From NCBI GenBank assembly GCA_003971905.1, contig RSEE01000004.1, forward strand, positions 1,054,001-1,118,000: DNA of 64,000 bases. Direction: 5' to 3'. The position numbers were made by a program, and so were the translations under genes. Positions within the stretch are counted from its first letter, which is position 1. Every line of letters begins with the position of its first letter. Shown piece by piece: positions 49,813-61,879 of this stretch. A model generated the notes under the pieces. That model was not told the origin of the DNA and did no database searches. It worked only from the letters and a program-made list of their open reading frames with translations. This stretch comes from Moniliella sp. 'wahieum'. Lineage: Eukaryota.

Positions 49813-50295
49813 ATGCCTCACTCCTTCGGTTACCGGGCGCGCACGCGTGACCTTTTCAAGCGTGGCTTCCGCCAGCACGGCCAGATCCCGCTGTCGACCT
49901 ACCTGCGGCCTTACCATGTTGGTGACATTGTCGACATCAAGGCCAACGGTGCGATCCAGAAGGGTATGCCCCACAAGTACTACCACGGCCGCACTGGTGT
50001 GGTGTACAACGTGGCCCCTCGCGCGGTGGGTGTGATCATCTACAAGATCGTTGGTGGGCGCTACATGGAGAAGCGGGTGAACGTGCGCGTTGAGCACGTC
50101 AAGCACTCCAAGTGCCGTGACGACTTCCTTGCGCGTGTCAAGTCGAACGCGGAGAAGAAGCGCATTGCCAAGGAGGCTGGTGAAACGTTTGACCTTAAGC
50201 GCCGCCCTGCTCTCCCCCGCGATGCTCGCGTCATCAAGACGGAGGACAACCTCCCCGAGACGCTCGCGCCCATTGCGTACGACACCTACATCTAA
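49813..50295 (+). CDS. RPL21: 60S ribosomal protein L21 (eL21)
   Basis: MPHSFGYRARTRDLF..QKGMPHKYYHGRTG..KRVNVRVEHVKHSKCR; 5'UTR intron 49649-49805. Confidence 0.99.
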   Translation: MPHSFGYRARTRDLFKRGFRQHGQIPLSTYLRPYHVGDIVDIKANGAIQKGMPHKYYHGRTGVVYNVAPRAVGVIIYKIVGGRYMEKRVNVRVEHVKHSKCRDDFLARVKSNAEKKRIAKEAGETFDLKRRPALPRDARVIKTEDNLPETLAPIAYDTYI

Positions 50296-50940
50296 TGGTG
50301 TTCACCTCCCGCCACCCACTGGGCCGTCGCCCCCCCAAAACCTTTCTGGTTAGCATGGGCGCGGTTCCTTGCTTTCCGATTGGAGCTGATTATGCATCCG
50401 ATTCATATGTGCTCTTGACCCTTCAGGCTGCACTCAGCCAAATCCATGCCAAAACCCACCCTGTGGAATTGGGAACTCTGGGTCGATAGTCTGAGCAGGT
50501 TTCTCGCGTCACCGGCTAGCACTAGCACAGAAAGACAGACAGGTCAGTGCGTTCGGCTTCCACGTTCAACGTTGACTATTCATTCAATGAAATGTCCCTG
50601 TCGCGCCCGCTACCTTCCATGCACTGAGCTGCTGGTTCGGGTGGGCAGCTCGATCCCCAATAGCCTGCGCTGTGACCAGCCCTTGGACCTGTCGCTCGCT
50701 CCGGAGGCGTGGCAAGCCGAAGATGGAACCCTGGGATGGCCGGATGCAGTGTGTCGGCGCAATAATCCGTTTGTATAGAATGAACACAGATGCAGTGCCT
50801 GCACAGTGACGAACATCTTGCCAAACAGCTCCACTGCTGGGAAGTGTATAACCCTAGCATAGCTCCCCGACGGCGGGCGTTGCCCAACACCAGCGTTTGC
50901 ACCATCGAGACGAAGCGCTAGACCATTGGCTCTGTCAACA

Positions 50941-51295
50941 ATGCCCTCGAACAAGACCTTCCGCACCAAGGTGGCGCTGGCCAAGGCCGGAAAGACCAAC
51001 CGGTATGTAGCCCGACTCGTGGCAAGTTGTCTTGGCAAAGAAGACGGGAGTGGGACGGAGACACCCTTGGTGCCTGCCAAGGTTGGAGCGCCAGCTAGCA
51101 GCCCAGAGTTGTACCTACTCCTCGTCTTCCCCGAGCAACGCACCCCTTTGCCCCTTCCCTGCAGCATGAGGCATGGCTGACGCTTTCGTTTTTGCATCCC
51201 AGTCCATCCCCCAGTGGTTCCGCATGAAGACGGACAACAAGATCCAGTACAATAAGTTCCGTCGCAACTGGCGTCGCACCAAGCTCAACCTTTAA
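50941..51295 (+). CDS. RPL39: 60S ribosomal protein L39 (eL39), 2 exons
   Basis: [21 protein letters not shown], intron 51003-51202, then [29 protein letters not shown]. Confidence 0.97.
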
Positions 51296-52172
51296 AGAGG
51301 GATGTGCTGGCTCCGTGCCAAGGGAGGGCTTTGTATTGTATGCACGCAACTCGAAAGGTTTATGCATGTTTTCCACCACGCCTATCCCTGGCCCCGTCGA
51401 TCGCTCTTTGTCGCGGCCTGTCCGGTCGCACCTTGCGAAAGACAGCTGTGTGTACGGCCTCGCCGAGCGAGAGTAGAGATAGTCCCTCCCTCCTGCGAGA
51501 ACAACGGCGGGGATGGGGAGTGTGAGAACCTGGTACATGTTTCATCAAGCTGGGCATCTCCTCGGCTCATCTCTCTCCCCTCGTACAATGATCCCATTCA
51601 GCACCATGGTAGCTACGGATGGAGAGCTCAACGAGGGGGTAGCTTAACGCGCACCCTTTGTATTCTCACAGGCATGCAGGGTCCTACAGGAGACTTGCCT
51701 CTGAAAGCAAAGATGAGTCAAGTGAGACGTACTGATGGGATTCGAATGCCTGGTATCAAACACTCGCGCCACACCCAGTACTCTCACCTCTCATCCTTGA
51801 CGGATATAGCTTTTTCGAAAGAGTTGTCAGAAGAAAAGGGGTGGGGAAAGGCAACAGAGTGCAGGCAAAGGGGCCATGCATGGGGGTACAATGCGCAGAG
51901 GGGAGTGTGTGTGTATGGAGAGGGAAGGAAGGGGCTGCATAGAGTCGAACAGTAGCCAGAATACGATGAAATGTGAGAATAGCAGGAGCTGGAGGGGGGA
52001 CAGGCAATCCTGCATGTGTTGGGAGGTAGGGGGGAGACGGACGTCGGCAATGCACAGCATAGCAGGCAGAATCTTTCCCCACATATTCAGCCCATTTTCT
52101 TTTATGTGTGTGTGGAGAAAGCATACAACACTTGAGAAAAGGGGAGTGCACGCGTTGCGGCAGGGGCTTGTT

Positions 52173-52264
52173 GGAGAGGAGAGAGAAGAGAGGAGAGAGA
52201 GAGGAGAGGAGGAGAGGAGAGGAGAGAGGAGAGGAAGAGGAGAGGAGGAGGAGAGAGGAGAGGA
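52173..52264. repeat. Pure polypurine (GA/GGA) tract
   Basis: About 90 nt composed only of G and A. Confidence 0.95.
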
Positions 52265-52287
52265 AAATGTTTCCATGAGTGCCGAAA

Positions 52288-54380
52288 GTTACTGCAGACT
52301 GCAGACACTCGGATCGATATTCTTCGTAGTACATTTGGGTCGTCTCCTTATACTCCTACCCAATCGACAACCAATTTAGTGGGGCGGGGAAAGAGGGTCA
52401 GCGCAGAGTCTTCCATGTCAAAACGTTGAGGCAAATGATAACAAAACGTACGTCGATAGCGTGCAAGAGCAGGTTGGAGCGCAGTTGCCTAAAGTCGCAG
52501 TGCTCGGGATTCAGCACGTCCAACGCGCCCCATTTGAACCGGCGCTGAAAGTGCAAGGTCGTAGCGTCGCTGAATTTGAGAGCAGGTTGGTTCGTCCGAG
52601 AGGCAAGTTCATCTTCATCTTGGTCGTCATCAGTTGGGATGGGGTTACTAGGGGAGAAAAACGGCTTAGCTCTCGGGCAAGGCCAATGCGTATGGCCACT
52701 CCAGGTCGGGTCAAAATGGCAGTGGTGCTTGCTTGGACTCCAGGGGGTACTTGGGTCCTCCTCCTCCTCCGACTCTTGCTCCGACTCTTTTCCTCCCCAT
52801 CGAACTCTTCCTCTATGGAAGTCAGAGCAGCCCATCTCTTCAAAGGAAGTCCGGATTCCCATCCGAGCGCGGGCCGTCTGGGCACCCGTCAACTGGTCCG
52901 CCTTGGCAAGAATAGGAATCACGTTGGACCGCGCAGCCAGGCGCTCGATCATCCGCACATCGCTGGCACAGAGGCACACGCCAATATCCAGATCGGCGGT
53001 AACCGCTTGTCTTGTTGTTTTGGTCTTGGGAGCAGGCGAGCGGGAACGAGGGATTGTGGGTCGATAAAGTAAAGAAGGGCGTGAATGTGATTGTCCTCAT
53101 TTTGCTTGGTCCGGGTCACCTTACCTCTTCTCTGAGAGAAGAAGAGAAACGGCCCTGGATAATCTCAAGCAACGGCCGCACCGCCAACTCCACTGCCAAC
53201 TCGTCCGCCGCAGACATCGTTCCCCCCTGCATGCGAGGCAGGTCGAACCCGGGGCAGTCAATGATCGAGAGCTGAAGCATGCGCGACTGCCCCACGGCGC
53301 GAAATTGATTGCATGCTGGTTGTCGAAGGAACGTCGGAGCTCTTGCGTAACCGACTGTCGTTCTTTTCTGTGGCTGATCCACTGGCACGTACGACATGCT
53401 CGGACTGGGCTTGGTGTTGAAGGCTCTTATGGGCTTGGAGAACAGCATCCAAGTCTTCGAGACTGTCCCCAGCCTTTATCTATCCCCGAGAGCGTCACAG
53501 GCATTTGACTTTGAGCATCGCGCGCCCGACGTGCCTTTCCCATTAAGGGAGTGTTGACCGTGGAACAAAACGCGGCCACATCTGTACAGATGATAAAGCA
53601 ATTGTCAGTCTGCAACAGTTACTTCACATGGTGCTTTAGTGCCGACAACAGGGAGAGGCATCCAACCCACCTCGCCGAACCAACTCATCACAGAAGGACA
53701 AGTCGCACGTTTCCAGCAAGGTCTTGGCAAACGTCGACTTTCCCACACCCTTGGCCCCTGCCAATACAATGTTGAGCACGGTGGGGGCCTTGACCTTGCG
53801 TCGGATCACCTTGCGCCCCGCATCCATGGCAGAAGGGTTGTTTTGAGCGAGAAATGCAGAGGAAGAGATAGGGGGGTGGGAACGTGTGGCGGGGGAAGGG
53901 ACCGTCCGGCGGGGTTCACTAATGGCAGAGGAGCTGGTGGGCTGATGGTTACTGGGGAGAAGCCAATATCAAATCCGTTGGTGCTGGGTGCCGAGGAAGG
54001 AGCACAAGGCGTAAATGCGTCCTGGATGGACGTGCGTTTGGTAATGGTGCTTGCCGCCTCGAAGGGCAGGGAGAATGAGGTGTGGTGTGGGAGCAAACTG
54101 ACTGCGCTGGGGGTCGTAATGGGTGTTCGGATTGTGGAAGGTTCAGGAGAGGGGGAGGGAGGCCAAAGGTCGTGGCCGCAGTCCCATTCGGCTGGCCGCC
54201 TGGGCCGTAGGCGAAGGAAGACTGGAGGGGAGGCCACTGGGGAAGGCCTTGGACAGATGCTCGTGGCTCATGGAGGGTGCAGAGCGGGGTGGGAGCGATC
54301 AGGGGTGCTCGTTACGCTGTCAGGACGCGAGCGGGTGCGGGGCGGGGACGGGGACGGAAGAAGGAGCGGGCCTTGGTCAT
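52288..54380 (-). CDS. Divergent septin-family GTPase
   Basis: Polybasic RKVIRRKVK; G1 GAKGVGKST; G3 IIDCPGF; G4 NVIPILAKAD; septin unique element RRFKWGALDVLNPEHCDFRQLR; YYEEYRSECL; ends approximate. Confidence 0.88.
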
Positions 54381-54486
54381 GGCTGGGTCTGTCCGGGAGT
54401 GGTGCATGTGGCGGGAGAGAGGGGGGCGAGAGAGGTGGTGGTGGGGGTGCATTCAGGTGTGCTTGGTGGGGCAGGGGTGGTGGTGC

Positions 54487-54495
54487 CTATATAAT
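54487..54495 (-). promoter_or_regulatory. Candidate TATA element upstream of the septin
   Basis: TTATATAG on the minus strand in GC-rich context, about 110 bp above the ATG, followed by a C-rich leader. Confidence 0.4.
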
Positions 54496-57003
54496 AGTAC
54501 GGTGTTGCGGTGCATACACACGCAGTAATACGGGCAAAAATGTGGCTCGCACTACGGCGCTGCGCTCTGTGTTGTATATGCTGGTGGCTGCGATGGCGCT
54601 GCTGGGCGGCGGCTACCGTTCTGCCGCCAGAGGGTGGACCCATGAACACGTTGGCCAGTCCATGAAATGCATGGGGGCTCACATGTGGGCTGAGAGCGCG
54701 CTCAGCCTTCGGAGTACTGAGTAGCACTGCTGGCGGATGCCTGTGGGAGGCATACGCATGCTCCAGTATCGTGGCTCCACCTGCCATCGGAGCCATGCGC
54801 GCTCACTGCCCCGTGCCCTGTCTCTTCGCCCCCCCCACCATCTCCCTCCTGCGGCTGTCGCGCGCTGTTGTGGGCAGCGCCACATACCCACACACTTTAT
54901 GTCCTCTCCCCCCTCCACCCCCCAAGGGAAGGATCCGTCGCCTTTCGCTCTTTTTACCGCACCCTGCGGTGCTCCCTTCATAACGTTGTGTATCCTTCCG
55001 GTCGGCAGACGCATTAATGCCATGCGCTAACTCCTCTCCAATAAGCTTCACACTCCTCTCTAACAGAAAATCAGTATGATCTCGTGTGCGCAGCGTGATG
55101 GACGTGATTGGTGTGCTCTCAGATCTCACAGTTGTATGCTCAGAACTCTCGTGATTGATCGAGGAGCGACAAGGGATCTGCAACCCGGGTAGTGTTCACC
55201 GCTGAAGACACGTTGAAGTCTCCGCAATGCCACAGCTGCCACACGGCTACTGAACCTTATCTTTTTATTGCACGTACGAGAGGGGGGCAGAAGTACCTAG
55301 CGTGTGGCAGAGGTCGTTAAGCGTTTGGTTACTGTCCTTGCCCCTGCGCCCAGGCCCCCCCGTATCTGCGCAATACAGACCAGCCTTTTATGACACGTGT
55401 GATCCCATCAGGCGTCCACAACATCCATCAATCCATCAGCACATGCATCTGAATGCCGTCGATGAAGTCGATGATGAGGTTATACTACCCATCAACATGG
55501 CTCTCCAGAATGGAAAAACAAAAGGGACCAGCGCTTCAGGATATAATACGCCAGAGGCTGTGCGCATAGGGCGATATCCAACACCCTGTTCGACCACACA
55601 CAGTTAATAGCCCCGCTCTTCTAGGTCAGAGGCACACATGCACATGTGTGGCTGGTATACCCCACGAACCATCCTGGCGAAACTTTTGAAGTATTGAGCA
55701 GCAGTATATCGCGGAGGTGGCAACTTTTCTCCACGTACTTTCGCAAGTGACAGTACCACCATTGCAGCACGAGAGATTGAGAATATTAAGACGCAGCACA
55801 AAAGCAATCCAAGCCAGCACGTGGCTGCCGCTGTGTAGGTACGCGCTTCGGCAAAATCGGGCTTATACTGGGCTGACGACCTCAAAAGAACTGGAGAGAG
55901 GCAGTGGGGCATCTAAAACACGTCAAAAGGGATTGCAGCGAAGTACAGCGGAGAAAGAGTATATAGGTGTGGGTGAGGCGTAGTTGAGCACTAAGTGTGT
56001 GGTTGTCAGCAGCGCGCTCGAGACGGGCATTGGATGACAAATGGCGTGTATATGCAGATCGGCGGGTGCGCTTTCAGGGCGCGAAGGCGAGGGGGTGGCA
56101 AGTGGGGGGGGTAGTAACGGGCAAGGGGCAATCGATACGCAAGGCGTGTTGGCAAAACACGAGAGCAAGGGAGCGAGCAAATGAATGTTGCCCGGCTGGG
56201 GGCTGGCACCCTTGGCGATGACGGATCCCGCGTGACTAGACTGCCCAACACTCGCCCCCTGTCGGGCGGGGTGGCGCGCACGAGGCAGTGAGGGATTAGG
56301 AGTGGGTGGATGCGCAGGGGGCAAGACAGTGGCGCGGTGGGACACGGTGGGCCGGGCTTTGGCTTGCCGGCTGGTGCCTGTTCGCGTTGCCGCCGCCTCA
56401 CCGGCTCACCGGTAGGTCACCGCCCGTGTTTGGACGGGAGATGCTCGGAGAAGGCGCTCGCACGCGGACCTGGGAGGGAGGGGAAGGGGAGGGCCGGTGG
56501 AGTCGGGGGGCGGGGGGGGGGCGGAGAGGGGGTTCATGTTACAGCCCAGACGACGACCACCATCGCTCGGAATGGGGGCGGGAGGCATGCTGGGCGTGCT
56601 GGGGCTCGGCGCATAGCGCTGCACCTGCTCTCTGGCGGGCGCACACGCTGGGCCAGGCTGGCGAGGCGCGGGCGGGGCTGACTAAGGGACCGTGCACAGG
56701 GCCAGTGTGCTGTGGCCGGCGCGGCGGCGGGCAGGGGTGGCGGGGGCGAGGGCGGGTGGCAGCGGCGTCTCTTTCACCTCTCCGTCGAGTCGGACGCGCC
56801 TGCTTGCTCGCCTGGGCTGGAGAACCTACGCATCGGCGTCTGCGTGTCTGCCCCGCACCGCCCGCATCCCCGATCCCCGCGCCGCAGCCGCCGCCGCCGA
56901 CGGTGTTGTTGTGCTGTGCTGTGCTGTGCTGCTGCCTGCCCCTCGGCTGCACGCTCTCGGCTGCCTCGCCCCCCGCCCGCCCCTGCATCGCTGCGTGCCT
57001 GCC

Positions 57004-60000
57004 ATGCCGGCTGCGGCGCGCCCCGCCGCGCTGGGCTCGGCTGTGCCCGTGCTGAGCCTGGCGCAGCAGGACACCCTCCGCGCCCAGCTCGCCGCCTTCC
57101 GCCACGCGGCCCCCCACCCCGACCAGCCCCTCCCGCCCGCCCTCCTCCACGCCGCCCACGCGCCCCCCGACCGCGTCTTCGTCGAGGCCAGCATCGCCCT
57201 CGCCAGCCTCCTGCCCCCCGCCCGCCCCCTCCGCCCCTCCATCCGCACCGACACCTGCACCTGCACTGCATCTGTGCCTGCGTCTGTGCCAGCATCTGTA
57301 CCTGCTCCCTGCACCCGCATCCGCCCCCGCACCACCCATCCCCCCCGCGGCCTCCCCCTCCGCCCGCCCCCGCCCCCTCCCCCGCTGCACCCTCCGCCAC
57401 CCCCCCCGCCCGGCGCTCGCCACGCTCCTCAAGGCTAACCCCCGCGTCGCGCCGTACAACTCCTATGTCCATCCCGACGCGCTTTTCCGCGATCGCATCG
57501 CCTCTGCCCTCCCCGACAACTACGTGGCAAAGGATGTGCAACGCATCCTTCTTCCCTCGCTCTGGCCTACGGGGCTCGACGCCGATGCAGGGTGCCCACG
57601 CCCAACCCGCACGCCGCCGTGCTGCCCGATGGCATGACTGGCTTCAACGGAAGTTCCCTCGTTGCTGCCCACTCGGCCCAACTGAGGCGCGTCGTCGCCC
57701 AGCGTCTTGCCGAGCTCGATGCCCAGCTGTCTGCGTTGGATTCAGACCATCCGGGCCGCATCCCCTTGCTCGTGGACAGAACGCGTTGCAGCTGGTTCCG
57801 GTCCAGCGTCAGGCCGTGCTCAGATGGTAGGTACCTTCGGCCAGATGGCGTCCCAGCCTGCCGACCGTTTCGCCTTCCGCAGCTTCTTCCGCCCCACCCT
57901 GTCCGACACGCGGCAGCTGGACCGACTGGAGCGGGCCCAGCGCGCCGAGCGGCAACTCAAGGCCCAAGCACGGCAACAAGCGTCCCTGGAGCGTCTTTGC
58001 GCCCATGGTCGCGACTTGCTCTGGCCATCGTACAGCCCAGTTGAGCCAAGGCCGACAGTCCAAGAACCGGTTCGCTCCATGCCGATGCGGAACGGGAAGA
58101 GCAGAAGCGGATCGAGCGAATCAGCCGGGAGCGTCTGCAGGCCCTGCGTGCCGACGATGAAGAAGCGTACCTCAAGCTCATCGACACGGCCAAGGACACG
58201 CGTATTGCTCATTTGCTCAAGCAGACAGACAAGTACTTGGATCGCTGGCCAAGGCTGTGCCGCAACAACAGAACGACAGCATGGACCCTCGGAGCAATCG
58301 CTGGGCGGTGCCGAGGCTACGACGACCGGTGGGCCGGTGGATGAGTCGACGTTTGGGGCTTCACGTCCGGCAGACGAGGCGGACGATACGAGCAAGCTCG
58401 ACTTTTTCTCCATCGCGCATCGGATTCAAAGAGCCCATTCTGCGCCAGCCTGAGATTCTGTGGGCGGGCAGTTGAAGGAATATCAGATCAAGGGGCTGCA
58501 GTGGATGGTGTCCTGTACAACAACCGTCTCAATGGCATTCGCATGATGAGATGGGGTTGGGCAAGACGATTCAAACTATCAGCTTGATTACCTATTTGAT
58601 CGAGACCAAGCAGCAACAGGCGCCCTATATTGGTGATTGTACCCCTCTCGACCTTGACCAACTGGGTCAAGAGTTCCGCAAATGGGCGCCGAGCGTGAAT
58701 GGTCGTTTACAATGGCTCCCCTCCCGCGCGCAAGCACTGGCCCAGACTGTTCTAAGCAGGCAACTGGCAGGTCCTCCTGACAACTATGAGTTTATCATCA
58801 AGGACAAGAATCTGCGGTAAATCGCTGGTTCACATGATCATTGATGAGGGGCATCGCATGCATGAAGAACGCTTCCCCAAGTGTCCGTCACGCTTACCCA
58901 ACATTACACCAGCCGTTATCGGTTGCTTTGAACGGGTACGCCGACTGCAAAATAGTTTGCCCGAGCTGTGGGCTCTGCTTAACTTGTCCTGCCGCATCTT
59001 CAACTCAGTTCAAAGCTTCGACGAGTGGTTCAACACACCCTTTGCCAATGCCGGTGGACACGATGGGAATGACATCCACCTGAATGAGGAGGAGCAACTG
59101 CTAATCATCAAGCGTTTGCACAAGGTGCTCAGACCCTTCCTGCTCCGGCGTCTCAAGAAGGATGTTGCATCTGAACTTCCAGCAAGGTGGAGAAGGTGAT
59201 CAGGTGTCGCAAATCGGTGCTGCAAGCGAGGTTGTACAACCAGATGACCAAGCACAAGACCCTCTTTATCAACGGAGCCCATGATAGCAGCAGTAAGGCC
59301 GGTCACGGCTTGGCGGGCCTTCAAAATGCGTTGATGCAGCTACGCAAGATCTGCAACCACCCCTACATGTTTCCTGAAGTTGAAGACGCCATCAACCCGA
59401 CCCATGAGACGGGTCCGGACATTTACCGTGTGGCTGGCAAATTTGAGCTGTTGGATCGGGTTTTGCCCAAACTAAAAGCAACAGTCATCGGGTAGGTGCC
59501 CTCTCTCTTTCTCCCTGTTGGCTGAACTGTATATTAACTGATTTCCATTCTTCTTCAGGTGCTGGTATTCTTCAGATGACTCGTGCATGGATATTATCGA
59601 GGACTTTTTGCGATTGCGAGCCTGACTTCCCTCGTCTCGACGGTACCGTACCACCCGACCCGAAGACGATCTCGTCTTCTGACTGAGTTTAAACCAGCCC
59701 AACTCACCATACTTTATGTTCATTCTCTCCACTCGTGCGGAGGGTTGGGTCTTACTTGCAATCCGCTGACCGTGATCATCTTTGATTCGGATTGGAACCC
59801 GCATCAGATTTGCAAGCGCAAGACCGTGCGCATCGGATTGGGCAGACGCTCGAGGTACGCATTTTGCGCTTAATCACCGAGAAGAGTGTGGAGGAGAAGA
59901 TCTTGGAGATTGCCCATCGCAAGCTCGACATGGATGGCAAGGTGATCCAGGGGTAAGTTTGACAACAATGCCAGCAACGAAGAGCGGGACACGTTGTTGC

Positions 60001-61213
60001 GTGCCATGCTCGAGTCGGCCGAGATGAGGACGACGCTGGAGACGCGACGATTGGCGACGAAGAGTTGAATCAGATCATTGCGCGGTCGGAGGAGGAAAAA
60101 GGGATCTTTGCCAAATGGACGCTGAGCGGCGTGAAGCGGACCAGGCGTGGTGGCAAGCGACGGAGCACAAGGGTAGCTTCCCTGCGGACCGGCATGATCA
60201 CCGAGCCCGAGCTGCCCGATATGTTCCAGACCTGGTACGAAGAGAAGGCGCTTGCGGCACAGGAAGCGGAAAAGACGCGAGTCTTGGACGAGGCGCCAGC
60301 GTCGCGACGAACGCGCAACACTACCATCCGCTACAATGACGATCTGACCGAGGACCAATTTTGAATGCGATTGAGAACGACCAAGATCCCGAGGAGTTGG
60401 CCGCCGCAAAGAGGGCACGAAGCGAAAAGCGGCGTGCCAACGCTGCGGCTCGTGCTGCTCTTGCGACCAGCGACGACGAAGTTCAGTGGCGCCGGTCAAG
60501 CGCGGCCGAGGCCGTCCGCCCAAGACGGCACGTACCACGCCCGAGCCCCGGCGTAGGACCTCGGGACGAGAGGACGATGACGAGATGCCGCACGCAAACG
60601 CCGGCGAGCGTCTCCCTCGGACTCGTTGGCTTCCCCTGCGGCCACGACGAGTGGCGGGGGAGGCGGCGGCACATCGCAAAAAGGCGGCCAGGCAGCCGAG
60701 CTGGCACGGCGGGACGCGTGGCGCAAGTGCTGGCCCCCTGCTACAAGGCAGTGGAACAGCTGACAGAACCCGAGACGGGCCGAAAACGGTGTTGCTATTC
60801 ATTGATTTGCCCAACAAACACGAGTATCCCGACTACCGGGTTCTGATCCGCCAACCGATCTGTCTCAAGACAATCAAGCGTCGGCTGGATCGAAGGACGT
60901 ACCGCAATGCGGCCACGTGCCGCGCCGAGATTCGGTTGATGTGCGACAATGCGCGCACGTACAACCAAGAAGGTCCTTTGTGTGGGTGGATGCCAACGAG
61001 ATTGAACACGCGTTCAACGAGGTGTATGAGAAGACGGTGCCGCTCGACTTGAGGGGGGACGAGCCGGTGCCAGCGCCGATTTTAAATCCGGCCCGGGACC
61101 CCGTCACGCCGGCCTCGCCCATGTGGAGGGGGAGGCAGACGGATCGGCTTCCTTGCCCCCCCCCAAACTGTCCCCCGGTATGGACCTGCCGCCCTTGCCC
61201 AGCGCAACGCTGA
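57004..61213 (+). CDS. SNF2/STH1(Snf21)-family chromatin remodeling ATPase (QLQ, HSA, ATPase, SnAC, bromodomain); heavily frameshifted
   Basis: [129 protein letters not shown]. Confidence 0.95.
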
Positions 61214-61879
61214 CGAGGTGAGCCTGGGGCCGCCACCCACTGGAGATGCAGGTGCTAGAACCCGAGGATGACACGGCGGTGTTGTAACCTGCTTCGTCTG
61301 CCGTTTTTGCATCGCGTCTGGCGTCCTCCGTACCCTTGGTCCCCTCCCCCCGTGACAAGACGGGTGGCCCCAAGGGGCCCCGCCCCTTTCGATGGAGGTG
61401 GGGGGTGGGGGAGAGCTGGTAGAGGCGTTCCGTTGCGCATTACTGTACTGGTCACCCTGTGTAGGATCTCTTGCTATTCCACTTTTGTTCCCTCTGATCC
61501 ACATCCGTTGATCTTCGTCTCGGTTGTCTCGGTTATCCGTCAGGATCCGCGCATGTCGAGGTCAGATTCCGTCCCGTACGCGAGTGTTTGTAGTGCTTTT
61601 GTCCCGTGCCTGCCCCGCGGCGCCCCTACCGAAAAAAAAAGCTCATGCCGCAGGGATGCGGAACGATGCGCCTGTCGGTCTCGGAGCTTGGGAGCTTCGG
61701 TTGAAGCGCGCCTGTGGTCGCAAAGCCAGAACAAACCGCCCAGCGCAAGGAGCCATCGAGTGATCGTGCAGCCCATACAGGGCAAAGTGCGTAATCGCAG
61801 CTTGCGGTGAGTACTGTGAGTCATGTGAGTATGGCACGGTGGAGCAGGGTGGAGCATGGTGGGGCACTGGTGGAACGTA

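Noticed and set aside
30090..51295. Mating-type locus (homeodomain-like word, RPL39, CaaX peptide)
   Set aside because: No pheromone receptor, pheromone precursor ORF or complete HD1/HD2 pair was found; the CaaX candidate belongs to the AN1 protein.
51756..52334. 192-aa Leu/Ser-rich membrane-like ORF
   Set aside because: The hydrophobic run is just the translation of the CT/GA tract; only its first codons belong to the septin.
55000..56000. Small gene between the septin and the SNF2-family gene
   Set aside because: Only short ORFs on both strands with no recognisable motif; left unannotated.
785..61213. Frameshifts in nearly every gene as mass pseudogenisation or programmed frameshifting
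   Set aside because: They hit essential genes (RPS9, RPL39, CYT1, the SNF2-family gene), often in homopolymers, and motifs remain intact. This is the pattern of long-read indel error.
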